This document shows, in pieces, positions 9,684 to 19,700 of a stretch of 49,268 bases of DNA; the stretch's first letter is position 1; the number at the start of each line of letters is the position of its first letter. Source of the stretch: Klebsiella phage vB_Kpn_K2alpha62; sequence record OY978817.1. One strand, written 5' to 3'. The notes beneath the pieces are model-generated. The model saw only the letters and a list, made by a program, of their open reading frames with translations. It was not told where the DNA came from and did no database searches. The position numbers were made by a program, and so were the translations under genes.

Positions 9684-10337
9684 ATGCATTTACCAAACGG
9701 TGCAAAGGTCTTCTTTGAGAAGGCTCGCGGTGCGGAGGTTCCGTTTACCGCAATGACCAACGACGCGAAAAACCCAAAAATCACTGTGGCAGATGGTGCG
9801 CTCGACGTTAACGATATCGTAATCTTTACCGATTGCACCTGGAGCGACTTTGTAAATAAAGTGGCCCGCGTCAAGTCGGTATCGGCTGGTGTGGCAACGC
9901 TGGAAGAGTTCGATACCTCCGACACCAACAAATATCCTACGGCTGCAACCGGAAGCGTGAGCGTCGTCACTGACTGGATCGAGTTGCCTTGTATTCAGGA
10001 TTTGGGCAAGGACGGCAACGAACAGCAGTATTATAACTACCAGTGCCTGAGCGATGAGCGCGAACAGTCCGAGCCTACCTATAAATCGGCTGTGACGCTT
10101 AACTACACGTTTGCGCACGAGTACGATAACGCAATCTACCAGGTGTTGCGTGCAGCAGACACCAGCAAAGAGGCGAAAGCGATGTACATGTATATCCCGC
10201 GAGCGTCCGAGGTTCGTTATTGGTCTGGCGCTGCATCATTCGATGACATTCCGACTACGGCTGTCAACGAGATGGAGACGGTAACGCTTGCGGTCGCGCT
10301 TAAAGGTGCGCACGTCTTCCTTCCGGTTGTCGCGTAA
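9684..10337 (+). CDS. major tail tube protein
   Basis: 217 aa, position, composition, own promoter. Confidence 0.7.
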   Translation: MHLPNGAKVFFEKARGAEVPFTAMTNDAKNPKITVADGALDVNDIVIFTDCTWSDFVNKVARVKSVSAGVATLEEFDTSDTNKYPTAATGSVSVVTDWIELPCIQDLGKDGNEQQYYNYQCLSDEREQSEPTYKSAVTLNYTFAHEYDNAIYQVLRAADTSKEAKAMYMYIPRASEVRYWSGAASFDDIPTTAVNEMETVTLAVALKGAHVFLPVVA

Positions 10338-10351
10338 TTAAATGGCGGGGC

Positions 10352-10379
10352 TTGTTCCTCGCCTTTTTTTGTGCATAAT
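10352..10379 (+). promoter_or_regulatory. putative promoter TTGTTC-N16-CATAAT
   Basis: upstream of the tail chaperone gene, overlapping a T-rich segment. Confidence 0.35.
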
Positions 10380-10413
10380 AGCGAATAACACAAACCAATC
10401 AGGAGTTAACAAA

Positions 10414-10740
10414 ATGGCTAAATTCAAAATTCAAATCGGCGGCAATCTCCCTTCTTTCAAGCTGCCTGTAACCTTCACTTGCCCCGACGGCAAAGAAGCA
10501 ACCATCACCATGACCGTAAAACACCGCTCCACCGATGAGATGAAAGACTTCTATGAGAGCGAAGATAAAGCGCCAAAGGGTAACGCCGAGTTTATCCGCT
10601 TCATGGCTGAAGGTTGGGATCTGGATGACGAGTTCAGCGATGAAAACATTTCCTGGCTTTGCGCTCACTTCCCGGCGTTCGTCATGGCACTGCCACAAAC
10701 TTACATGGCCGCGCTTGCGGGCCACCGTGTAAAAGTTTAA
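10414..10740 (+). CDS. tail assembly chaperone (short form)
   Basis: position between tail tube and tape measure; partner ORF overlaps in the -1 frame. Confidence 0.65.
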   Translation: MAKFKIQIGGNLPSFKLPVTFTCPDGKEATITMTVKHRSTDEMKDFYESEDKAPKGNAEFIRFMAEGWDLDDEFSDENISWLCAHFPAFVMALPQTYMAALAGHRVKV

Positions 10741-11054
10741 GGCGGGCTGTTTATCTCACGCTTCAGCCTGAGCTAACCGATCGCCAGCTTGCGGAGTACG
10801 GGTTAAGGCGATCGGACTATGAAGCAGATCTTGAAACGATATATTTTGATGAGCAGACCGCCCAAAGCTGGCAGCTATTCCAGGCCATGCAAACGCAATG
10901 GCGAATCGGGATGAATGGCCCGACGGGGCTTGACTATAATACGTTGCCACTGCTGTTCGAATTGTATAAAATCGACAATCGAGAAGCGGCATTACTTGAC
11001 TTGCAAATCCTGGAGGGTGAATACCTGAAGGAGATTTACAAGAAATCCAAATAA
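10659..11054 (+). CDS. tail assembly chaperone -1 extension (expressed as a fusion, not from its own start)
   Basis: -1 frame ORF from about 10731; plausible sequence only after PCKSLRRAVYLTLQPELTDRQLAEYG. Confidence 0.6.
   Translation: MRSLPGVRHGTATNLHGRACGPPCKSLRRAVYLTLQPELTDRQLAEYGLRRSDYEADLETIYFDEQTAQSWQLFQAMQTQWRIGMNGPTGLDYNTLPLLFELYKIDNREAALLDLQILEGEYLKEIYKKSK
10777..10815 (+). promoter_or_regulatory. perfect 9-bp stem CCGATCGCC...GGCGATCGG downstream of the frameshift region
   Basis: direct dyad in sequence. Confidence 0.5.
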
Positions 11055-11074
11055 GCGCCTACGGGCGCTTTTTT
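11053..11074 (+). terminator. intrinsic terminator AAGCGCC-TACG-GGCGCTTTTTT
   Basis: stem plus T-tract. Confidence 0.8.
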
Positions 11075-11090
11075 CATATGGGGGCTAAAC

Positions 11091-14000
11091 ATGGCTGATA
11101 AAGTAGCTGGGTTGACGTTTGGCGTTGACGTGTCGCAGGTTGACAAAGCGGTACGATCACTCGCAGAACTGAAAAACCAAAGCCAGCAAACGGGCGCTGG
11201 CCTACAGTCGCTTGCAGACGCTGAAAAGCGGGCCACGGCGCAGACCGAGGAAATGAACCGCGCGTTGCAGCGGCAGAAGCAAGAGACTGACAAATCAAAA
11301 ACCAGCTTTAGCAGGATCGCGAGCGCCATCGATCCCACGATCTCAAAAATGGCCAACTTGCGCAAAGCTACGGAAGAACTTGATAAAGCATGGGCTTTGG
11401 GGCTTGTTCCAGATGATGAATTTTTCCGCCTGGGCGCTATCATTGAATCAACGACCAACAAATTACGGCAGCAGCAGGCGGCACTAACCGAAGAAGGCCG
11501 CGCAGCAATTGCAGAGGCAGAGGCGAAGGAGAAAGCAACGAATGCTGGTCGTGATTTTGTCGCCAGCTTGAAGCAGCAAGCAGAATCAGCAGGCAAAACA
11601 CGCGCCGAACTGCTGGAAATGAAGGCGGCGCAATTGGGCGTGTCGGCAGAAGCGGCACCGTTCATTAATGCCATGAAACAGCAAGAACAGGCGTTAAAAA
11701 AACAGCAGAGCGCGATGGGCCTCGCTGGCATTTCTGCCGGGCAATATCAGGCAGCAATGCGCCAGCTTCCGGCACAGATCACGGACGTTGTGACTTCCCT
11801 CGCTTCAGGTATGCCAGTCTGGATGGTTGCAATTCAGCAGGGCGGTCAAATCAAGGATAGCTTTGGAGGAGTAGGGAATGCATTTCAGGCGCTGAAAAAT
11901 TTAATCTTTGGCACGAGCGCTGATATTAATGAATCTCTGGACGAAACCAGCGAAAGCGCAAGCGATCTGGCTGAGAGCTTTAATAATACCACCGAGGCTG
12001 GCGAGAAGATGGGCGGCCTTATTAGGTTCATTAACCCCGTAACCATCGGCGCGGTTGCTCTTGGTGCTGCCATCGCAGCAATTGCAAAAGCTGGTTTCGA
12101 TGCGTGGAAGTCACAAAGGGATCTGGCGAATGCGCTGGTGCTGACTGGTGGGTATGCTGCCACTACCACAGGGCAGATTAACGATCTTGCTAATGAACTG
12201 AGCGAGACTTCGAGCGCAACTTCAGGGAGAATCCAGGATATCGCGTCAACTTTGGCCTCTTCTGGAAAATACACCATTGGCCAGATTAAGACCATCACGA
12301 AGACTACGGCGGAATGGGAAGCGCAGACGGGAGAGAGCAGCGATAAGATCAAGGGCTACTTTGACCAGATCTTAAAAGATCCGGTTAAGGGGCTTGCTGA
12401 TCTTAACGATAAGTTTAACTTCCTGAATGAAGGCCAGCTAACCTACATCGAATCTTTGCGTAAAACCAAAGGCGAGACGGCAGCAGCAGATGCGGCGACA
12501 AAACTGTTTGCTGACACGATGGATAAGCGACTGAAAGATGTGGCTGATAGCGCAACACCTCTTGAAAAAATGTGGATGGATATCAAGAAGTGGGCTTCTG
12601 ACGCATGGGATTGGGTTGGAAACCACACGGTCGGGGCGCTAAACCTTATCGTTGATACGGTTTCCGCGATCATCAACACGATCAGGAAGTTGATTGCCGA
12701 CGGCGACGCCATGATCGCGCAGTTTATCGTTGACGCTGGCCGACAACTACAGAAAATTCCCGGCATGGGAGACTTTGGGAATGACTTTCTGGCGCAGCAG
12801 GAGCAGTTAATCAAGGACTCGAAAGCAAAATCCGCAGAGCTTGCAAAAACCATCGCGGAGCAGCAAGCAAGGATCGCTAAAGGCGAGATGGGGTACATTG
12901 ACGCCGCCAATAACAAAGATGTTTCTGGCGGGTACAGCAGCAAAACGAAGGAGCGCGTAAATCAGGAAGAAAAGGATATCCTGAAAAACCGCAACGCCAG
13001 GAAGCAGCAGGTAGACGCTGGGGTTAAAATTGATGAGCAGTACCAGGCTGAACTGCTATCGCTACAGGCGCAGCTAAAGGTTTTGCAGCAGCATAAAGGG
13101 CTTGACGACAAGATCAGCCAGCAGCGCAATGACTACTTCGAGACGGTTGCTAAATTCCAGGTTTTGGAAGAAGCAAGCCAGAAGCGAAAACTGACCCAAA
13201 GCGAACAGCAGATGCTGGCGAACAAAAAGAATATCCTGTACATGGCAGAGCAAAAGGCCATTGTGGGAGATCAGATTGTTCAGCAGCAGCGACTGAACGC
13301 CTTGCTTGACAAGTCTACCAAGTATCAAAACCAGATGGCGGAGAAAACCAAAGCGCTACAGGATACCGCCGGAATGGGTAGCAAGGAGCAGGAGAGATAC
13401 CGGGCCAATGCGCAGATGGCGGCTGACTGGAAAAACAACGGCGGATCTTTAAGTGACCCTGGATTTAAAGCGATGCAGGCCGCAAGCGATAAATTCTACG
13501 CACAGCAAGATGCGCAAATGATGAACTGGAAGGCCGGGTTTACTCACGCGTGGGCTGACATTGGCGACGAAGTTAATGACGTATACACCAACATCGGGGA
13601 TATTACTAAAAACGCATTTAGCGGAATGGCGAGCGTGCTGACTGATTTTGTTATGACTGGTAAGGCCAGCTTTAGCGACTTCGCAAGAAGCGTTATCGGT
13701 GACATTACCAACATGCTTATCAAGATGGCGCTGTTTAACTCGCTTTCTGCCGCGTTTGGTGGTGGCGGTACGTTCAGCTTCGCCAACATGTTCAGCAAGG
13801 GATTTTCTGGCGGCGGTTACACTGGCGACGGCGGGAAGTATGAGCCAAAAGGCGTTGTTCACGGCGGGGAATTCGTGTTCACGAAGGAGGCGACGCAAAG
13901 GTTAGGCCCGGAAAACCTATACCGACTAATGCGCGGCTATGCAAGTGGCGGCCTGGTTGGGGGTAATGCAAGTTCCGGATCTGGAATCACCAACGGCGGC

Positions 14001-14183
14001 AACGTTGCGGCATCGGCGGCGATGGTGTTCACTATCGGTGATATTAACATCACGATGGGTTCCGGTCAGGATAGCAAGGGTTTAGAGCAAGGCGTAAGGC
14101 AGATCGTGAACGATATGTTCACCGAGGCTTTGAGCCAAAACGGGCGCATTGCGAAGTTCGTCAATGAGAAAACGAGGAGGTAG
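11091..14183 (+). CDS. tail tape measure protein
   Basis: 1030 aa, long coiled-coil, lambda gpH-like AMRQLPAQITDVVTSLASGMPVWMVAIQQGGQIKDSFGG. Confidence 0.93.
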   Translation: MADKVAGLTFGVDVSQVDKAVRSLAELKNQSQQTGAGLQSLADAEKRATAQTEEMNRALQRQKQETDKSKTSFSRIASAIDPTISKMANLRKATEELDKAWALGLVPDDEFFRLGAIIESTTNKLRQQQAALTEEGRAAIAEAEAKEKATNAGRDFVASLKQQAESAGKTRAELLEMKAAQLGVSAEAAPFINAMKQQEQALKKQQSAMGLAGISAGQYQAAMRQLPAQITDVVTSLASGMPVWMVAIQQGGQIKDSFGGVGNAFQALKNLIFGTSADINESLDETSESASDLAESFNNTTEAGEKMGGLIRFINPVTIGAVALGAAIAAIAKAGFDAWKSQRDLANALVLTGGYAATTTGQINDLANELSETSSATSGRIQDIASTLASSGKYTIGQIKTITKTTAEWEAQTGESSDKIKGYFDQILKDPVKGLADLNDKFNFLNEGQLTYIESLRKTKGETAAADAATKLFADTMDKRLKDVADSATPLEKMWMDIKKWASDAWDWVGNHTVGALNLIVDTVSAIINTIRKLIADGDAMIAQFIVDAGRQLQKIPGMGDFGNDFLAQQEQLIKDSKAKSAELAKTIAEQQARIAKGEMGYIDAANNKDVSGGYSSKTKERVNQEEKDILKNRNARKQQVDAGVKIDEQYQAELLSLQAQLKVLQQHKGLDDKISQQRNDYFETVAKFQVLEEASQKRKLTQSEQQMLANKKNILYMAEQKAIVGDQIVQQQRLNALLDKSTKYQNQMAEKTKALQDTAGMGSKEQERYRANAQMAADWKNNGGSLSDPGFKAMQAASDKFYAQQDAQMMNWKAGFTHAWADIGDEVNDVYTNIGDITKNAFSGMASVLTDFVMTGKASFSDFARSVIGDITNMLIKMALFNSLSAAFGGGGTFSFANMFSKGFSGGGYTGDGGKYEPKGVVHGGEFVFTKEATQRLGPENLYRLMRGYASGGLVGGNASSGSGITNGGNVAASAAMVFTIGDINITMGSGQDSKGLEQGVRQIVNDMFTEALSQNGRIAKFVNEKTRR

Positions 14184-14185
14184 TA

Positions 14186-14530
14186 GTGGATTCCTTTAAA
14201 TGGTGTACACAAATTCAAGGAGGGGCGGCAAAGGTCGCCATCTCCAACAACATTCGATCGATTGGTTTCGGAAACGGCTACATCCAAACGGCATCGAGCG
14301 GAATTAACACAAAGCGCAGGACGGTTCCGATCGTTTATGGCGGTTCAGATTGGGAGGAGGTTTATAACTTCTGTCAGGATCACGTAACCAAGCCGTTTGT
14401 ATGGAAGGCGCCGGATGGAAGAATGGGCGTGTTCGTCGTAACTGCCGACTCCGTTAACCTTGCGCCGCAGGGTGGAGGGGTGTTTGAGGTAACGGCTGAA
14501 TTCGCCGAACGCTTCACTTCAGCCGGATAA
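14186..14530 (+). CDS. lambda gpM-like minor tail protein
   Basis: GTG start; FKWCTQIQGG...FGNGYIQTASSGINTKRRTVPIVYGG; position. Confidence 0.75.
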   Translation: MDSFKWCTQIQGGAAKVAISNNIRSIGFGNGYIQTASSGINTKRRTVPIVYGGSDWEEVYNFCQDHVTKPFVWKAPDGRMGVFVVTADSVNLAPQGGGVFEVTAEFAERFTSAG

Positions 14531-14532
14531 TC

Positions 14533-14562
14533 AAAAAGCGCCCTTTACGGGTGCTTTTTTTT
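14533..14562 (+). terminator. intrinsic terminator AAAAAGCGCCC...GGGTGCTTTTTTTT
   Basis: stem with one G.U pair, long T-tract, directly followed by TATGAT. Confidence 0.75.
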
Positions 14563-14599
14563 GGCCTATGATCTGGAGTCAATTAGAGGAGGGCTTACG

Positions 14600-15352
14600 A
14601 TGACAGCCAATGTTTCAAAAGAGTTTGCGAACTGCTTACAAAAACTTTTCCCCGGCGAGATCCTAACGCTGATTGATATCGACGCCACAAAGTTCGGCGG
14701 GCAGGTCTACCGATTCCATAACGAGAACGTCGCCTATACAACCGAGGAGCTTTTGGCAGCGGTTAACGGCGGGACGCTTCAGCCAAAGATGATAACGTTT
14801 CGCGGCGAGCAGTACGGCCCGCGCCCGTTCGGCCTGGGCGGGATCGCAATGTCTAGCGATGGCACAGTGGAAAAGCCAACGCTGACGGTTAGCAATATTG
14901 ATGCGCAAGCGAGTGCTCTTATTCGCGCCTATAACGGCCTCATGCAAGCCAAAGTTACGGTATGGGTTTTGGTCAAGGAATTGCTACAAAACGACGGCAG
15001 CGTTAAAGATGGCGATTTTAGGCGATTTGTCTACTACATCGAGCGCCCAAAACAGGTCGACCCGCAAAAGGCAACGTTCGAATTAACATCCGTGTTTGAT
15101 ATGGATGGATTAATGATCCCGGCACGCCTAACGCAAACCGTTTGTTATTGGGCGCAGCGTGGGTGGTACAAGTCTGGCAAAGGCTGCGACTACAACGGGC
15201 AGAACGGATACTTCGACAAGTTAGGAAACAGGGTTGACGACCCGTCGCAAGATGTTTGTGGTGGCCTGGTTTCTTCTTGCAGGCTTCGTTTTGGCAATGA
15301 ACCGTTGAGTTTTGGCGGTTGTGCGACAGCAACGTTAAAGAGTGGTAGATAA
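14600..15352 (+). CDS. lambda gpL-like minor tail protein
   Basis: ATG with RBS AGAGGAGG; C-terminal Cys pattern VCYWAQRGWYKSGKGCDYNG...CGGLVSSCRLRFG. Confidence 0.85.
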   Translation: MTANVSKEFANCLQKLFPGEILTLIDIDATKFGGQVYRFHNENVAYTTEELLAAVNGGTLQPKMITFRGEQYGPRPFGLGGIAMSSDGTVEKPTLTVSNIDAQASALIRAYNGLMQAKVTVWVLVKELLQNDGSVKDGDFRRFVYYIERPKQVDPQKATFELTSVFDMDGLMIPARLTQTVCYWAQRGWYKSGKGCDYNGQNGYFDKLGNRVDDPSQDVCGGLVSSCRLRFGNEPLSFGGCATATLKSGR

Positions 15353-15353
15353 T

Positions 15354-16091
15354 ATGTTAACTCCAAAAATCAAAATGCAGATCATGCAGCACGCGAAGGA
15401 AGTCTACCCGCACGAATGCGCTGGGCTGGTAACGCAAAAATCACGCGTGCAGAAATATCACCGACTCGACAATGTTTCGCCAGATCCTGAGAACGAGTCA
15501 ATGCCGGACGAAACGCAGTATGCGATGGCGGCAATGGATGGCGAGCCGATCGCCTTCGTTCATTCGCATACTGGCGACGGGGCAACCACAATTCCGAGCG
15601 CCACAGATTTATGCTTCTGTGATGAGTCTGGCTTGTCGTGGGTTATCGTCTCCATCCCGGAAGGTGATATGCGAATCATTGAGCCGAAATGCCGTCCGCT
15701 GATTGGTCGCCCATGGGCTTTGGGTGCTTATGATTGCTATGGCCTTATTATGGATTTTCACAAGCGCCACGGCGTCACGCTAAAAGATCGGCGGGTTCCG
15801 TTCGAATGGTGGAAGCCGGAATACAAAGAGAATCTTTACCATGACTACTGGCAAGAGGACGGGTTCATTGAAAACACTGGCGAGCCTGAAGTTGGCGATA
15901 TGATCATTTTTCAGCTTCAGGCGGAGAAGTGGAATCACGCGGGGATTTACGTTGGAAATAACAACATCCTTCATCACGCATATGGCAAGCTGTCTCGCCG
16001 GGATATCTATTCTGGATGGTACGAGCAGCATAAGGTTTTAATTTGCAGGCACAAGGAGCTTAAACATGGCATCACATACAAAGACGATTAA
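15354..16091 (+). CDS. lambda gpK-like tail assembly protein (JAB and NlpC/P60-like)
   Basis: YPHECAGLV...FVHSHTGDGATTIPSATD then YDCYGLIMDFHKRHG...HAGIYVGNNNILHH. Confidence 0.88.
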   Translation: MLTPKIKMQIMQHAKEVYPHECAGLVTQKSRVQKYHRLDNVSPDPENESMPDETQYAMAAMDGEPIAFVHSHTGDGATTIPSATDLCFCDESGLSWVIVSIPEGDMRIIEPKCRPLIGRPWALGAYDCYGLIMDFHKRHGVTLKDRRVPFEWWKPEYKENLYHDYWQEDGFIENTGEPEVGDMIIFQLQAEKWNHAGIYVGNNNILHHAYGKLSRRDIYSGWYEQHKVLICRHKELKHGITYKDD

Positions 16092-16668
16092 ACTTTCGGG
16101 TTCCCTGGGGCGTCGGTTCGGTGTCTTCCACAAACTTGCGGTTGATTCAGTCGCTGAGTGTATCCGGGCGCTGTCTTACCAGGTTGAAGGGTTTAAGCCG
16201 TTCATGCAGAGCAAAGTTGGTTCAAACATGCGCTTCGGCATCATCGCAGACGGAAAACCAATCAGCACGGACGACTTTGCTACTTTCGCCGTGGCAAGGG
16301 AGATTAGAATCATCCCGATCCCAAGAGCAAGAAAGAACGGCGGGTTGTTGCAGGTCGTTATCGGAGCGGCGATTATGGTTGCGGCCTTCTTTACTGGCGG
16401 CGGTTCGCTGGCGGCTATGGGCGCTTTTTCGTCGGCGGCTTTTATGGCTGGCGGCTCAATGGTTTTAGGTGGCGTAATGCAGATGATCGCTCCGCAGATG
16501 GGCGGCAACATGCGGGCGAGCGAATCACCTGAGAATAAGCCATCTTATGCGTTCGGCGGGCCGATTAATACCACGGCGGCGGGTTATCCAATCCAGTTGC
16601 CATATGGTTACAGATTGGCTGGCGGCGCATTGTTCGGTTCGGGATCTTACGCAGAAGACAACAACTAA
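16066..16668 (+). CDS. lambda gpI-like tail assembly protein
   Basis: KTIKLSGSLGRRFGVFHKLAVDSVAECIRALSYQVEGF plus Gly/Ala-rich hydrophobic centre. Confidence 0.85.
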   Translation: MASHTKTIKLSGSLGRRFGVFHKLAVDSVAECIRALSYQVEGFKPFMQSKVGSNMRFGIIADGKPISTDDFATFAVAREIRIIPIPRARKNGGLLQVVIGAAIMVAAFFTGGGSLAAMGAFSSAAFMAGGSMVLGGVMQMIAPQMGGNMRASESPENKPSYAFGGPINTTAAGYPIQLPYGYRLAGGALFGSGSYAEDNN

Positions 16669-16686
16669 TTAAGCCATTCGCTTTTT

Positions 16687-16715
16687 AGCCTGGGGGCGTA
16701 GCCTCCGGGCTTTTT
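16687..16715 (+). terminator. intrinsic terminator AGCCTGG...CCGGGCTTTTT
   Basis: hairpin plus T-tract before the J-like gene. Confidence 0.6.
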
Positions 16716-16755
16716 GTCGTGTACAATTGCGATACTATTAACAGGAGGCTAAACG

Positions 16756-19700
16756 ATGACTAATATCAAGGCCCGCAAGGGCGGTTCAAGCAAGCCACGT
16801 ACTCCCGTAGAAATGCCAGATAACCTGATCTCAAAAGATAAGATCAAGTTATTGCTTGCTGTTTCTGATGGCGAGGTAGTTAACGACTTCAGCCTGAAGC
16901 AGTTGCATTTTGGCGGCGTCCCGGTTCAGAACGAGGATGGAACATTCAACTATGAGGGCGTGATTGCAGAGTTCCGCCCCGGCACGCAAACGCAGAGTTA
17001 CATCCAGGGCTTCAGTGAATCAAGCGCTGAGTTCCAGGTTGCTCGTGAGGTCACTCACAACACGCCTTATACGCTTACCGTATCGAACAAGAATCTTTCT
17101 GCCATTCGCTTTCGCCTGTTATGGCCGCGCGTTCTGACTCAAAAAGATAACGGTGATATGGTCGGATCGGTTGTTGAGTACAAGATCGAGATGGCGGTAG
17201 ATGGTGCAAGTTATCAGACCTACCTAACTGGCAAGATTGACGGCAAGAACACGACTGGCGGTTACGATCGGAGCATTCGCGTTAACCTGCCGCAAAACTT
17301 CACGTCGCAGGTGCTTATCCGCGTTAGTCGAGTAACTCCGGACGCTGACGGGGTGAAAGTTGTCGACGCTTTCCGGGTTGAATCCTACGCTGAAGTTATT
17401 GATGCAAAATTCCGCTACCCGTTAACGGCCATGCTTTACGTTGAGTTCGATAGCGACCTGTTCCAAAATCAGATCCCCACTATCTCACTCAAAAAGAAAT
17501 GGAAGATTATCCAGGTTCCGAGCAACTACGATCCGATTAATCGCACGTACTCCGGAACGTGGGACGGTGTTTTTAAGTGGGCGTGGAGCAATAACCCGGC
17601 ATGGGTGCTTTATGACCTGATCATGAATCAGCGCTATGGTTTAGACCAGCGCGAACTTGGCATCCCGGTTGACAAGTGGTCGCTGTATGAGGTGGCGCAA
17701 TACTGTGATGAGCTTGTGCCTGACAATCGCGGAGGGATGGAACCGCGCTATTTAATGGATGTAATTGTTCAGTCGCAGGTTGAGGCGTTCCAGTTGGTAA
17801 GGGATATTTGTTCCGCGTTCCGTGGAATGACGTTCTACAACGGTGAAAGCCTTTCGATTATCGTCGACAAGCCGCGCGATCCGGTGTACCTGTTTACGGC
17901 TGATAACGTCGTTGATGGCGTGTTCGTCCGGACGTTCCCAAGCGAAAAGACGATGTACACGTCGTGCAACGTCATGTTCGACGACGAAGAAAACCAATAT
18001 GAGCAGGATGTTGAACCAGTATTCAACCCTGACGCAGCCATGCGGTTCGGTCACAACCCAACGAGCATTACAGCGATCGGGTGTACCAGAAGGACGGAGG
18101 CGAACCGCCGTGGGCGTTGGATTCTGCAAACGAACCTAAGCGCCACAACCGTTTCGTTTTCTACTGGCCTGGAAGGTATGATTCCTTCTTGCGGCGATGT
18201 TATTTACGTTGCAGATCCGCACTGGCAATCGGCCTTTAACCTGGTGCTATCAGGACGCGTTATGGAAGTATCTGGCGTGCAGGTGTTCCTGGCCTACCGC
18301 TGCGACGCGAAGGCTGGCGATACTCTGATCCTGAATACCGACGACGGAAAGCCTGTGCGCCGCACAATCGCCAGCGTTTCGGCGGACGGTAAAACCCTAA
18401 CGCTAAACGTGGGATTTAATTTTGACGTTGCGCCGGATAGTGTATTCCTGATCGAGAGCGATCAGCTTGCAGCGGAACAGTATGTAGTAACCCGGATTGA
18501 AAAGGGTAGTGATGACGACGAATTCACCTTTGCCATCACGGCTACGCAGTACGATCCGAACAAGTATGACGCGATCGACAACGGGGTAATTACCGATAGC
18601 CGACCAACTTCGGTTGTAGACCCGGATTCATTGGGTGCTCCGAAAGACTTAACGATTAGCTCGTTTTCTCGCATTGTTCAGGGAATGAGCGTCGAAACGA
18701 TGGTGATCGGCTGGTCTGCTGTACAGTATGCCAAACTGTACGAGGTACAATGGCGCAAGGATGGAGGTAACTGGAACAACGTTCCGCGAACTGCGACAAC
18801 GCAGGTTGATATCGAAGGCATCTATGCTGGCGAGTATCAGGCCCGCGTTAGGTGCATTAGCGGCGGGAATGTAGCGTCTCCGTGGTCTGCTTTGGCTAGT
18901 GCATCGCTGACCGGGAAAGTCGGAGCGCCAAAAGGCCCGATTAACCTTTTTGCGTCTGACAACGAGATCTTCGGCATTCGCGTTAAGTGGGCCATGCCAG
19001 AAGGGGCGGAAGACACGGCATACATTGAGCTTTACCAGTCGCAAAGCGGAACCGATCAGGATGCAAGCCTTCTTACACTGATTCCTTACCCGGCGGCTGA
19101 ATACTGGCATTCAATTTTGCCCGCTGGCTACGTGAACTTCTACAAAGCCAGAAGCGTAGACCGGATCGGCAACGTTTCAGAGTGGACTGATTACGCTCGC
19201 GGCATGTCGTCTACTGACGTTAACGCCATCACGGATACGATCCTGGATGAGATCCTCGACAGCGACGCGATGAAAGAACTTCAGGTGAGTGCGCAGGATA
19301 GCGCGGCAAAACTCAATGACTACGCTAACAGCATCATTCAAAATGCGCTGGCGAATGACGCGGACGTTAGGAAAATGACGAAGGAGAACGGTAAGCGTAA
19401 GGCAGAGATCGCGCATACCACGGTGCTGATTGCCAACGAATCAGAAGCGAGGGCGGCTGAAATTACGCAGCTTAAAGCGCAGATTGATGAAGATATTACG
19501 TCGCAGGTTACTATCCTTAATGAAGCCATAGCGACGGAGAGCGAAACGAGAGCTACGCAAATTAACCAATTGCAAACTCAATTCGGCGAGGATATGGCCG
19601 CAGGGTTTACACAGGTTAATCAAGCCATTGCAAGCGAGAGCGAGGCGAGAGCAAACTCAGAGGCGGCACTAGATGCCAAAATCGGGCAAAACTCCGCAGC

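Noticed and set aside
16716-16740. Consensus promoter between the I-like and J-like genes
   Set aside because: TACAAT and TACTAT boxes exist but no convincing -35 at the right spacing; mentioned only as part of the late terminator/promoter pattern.
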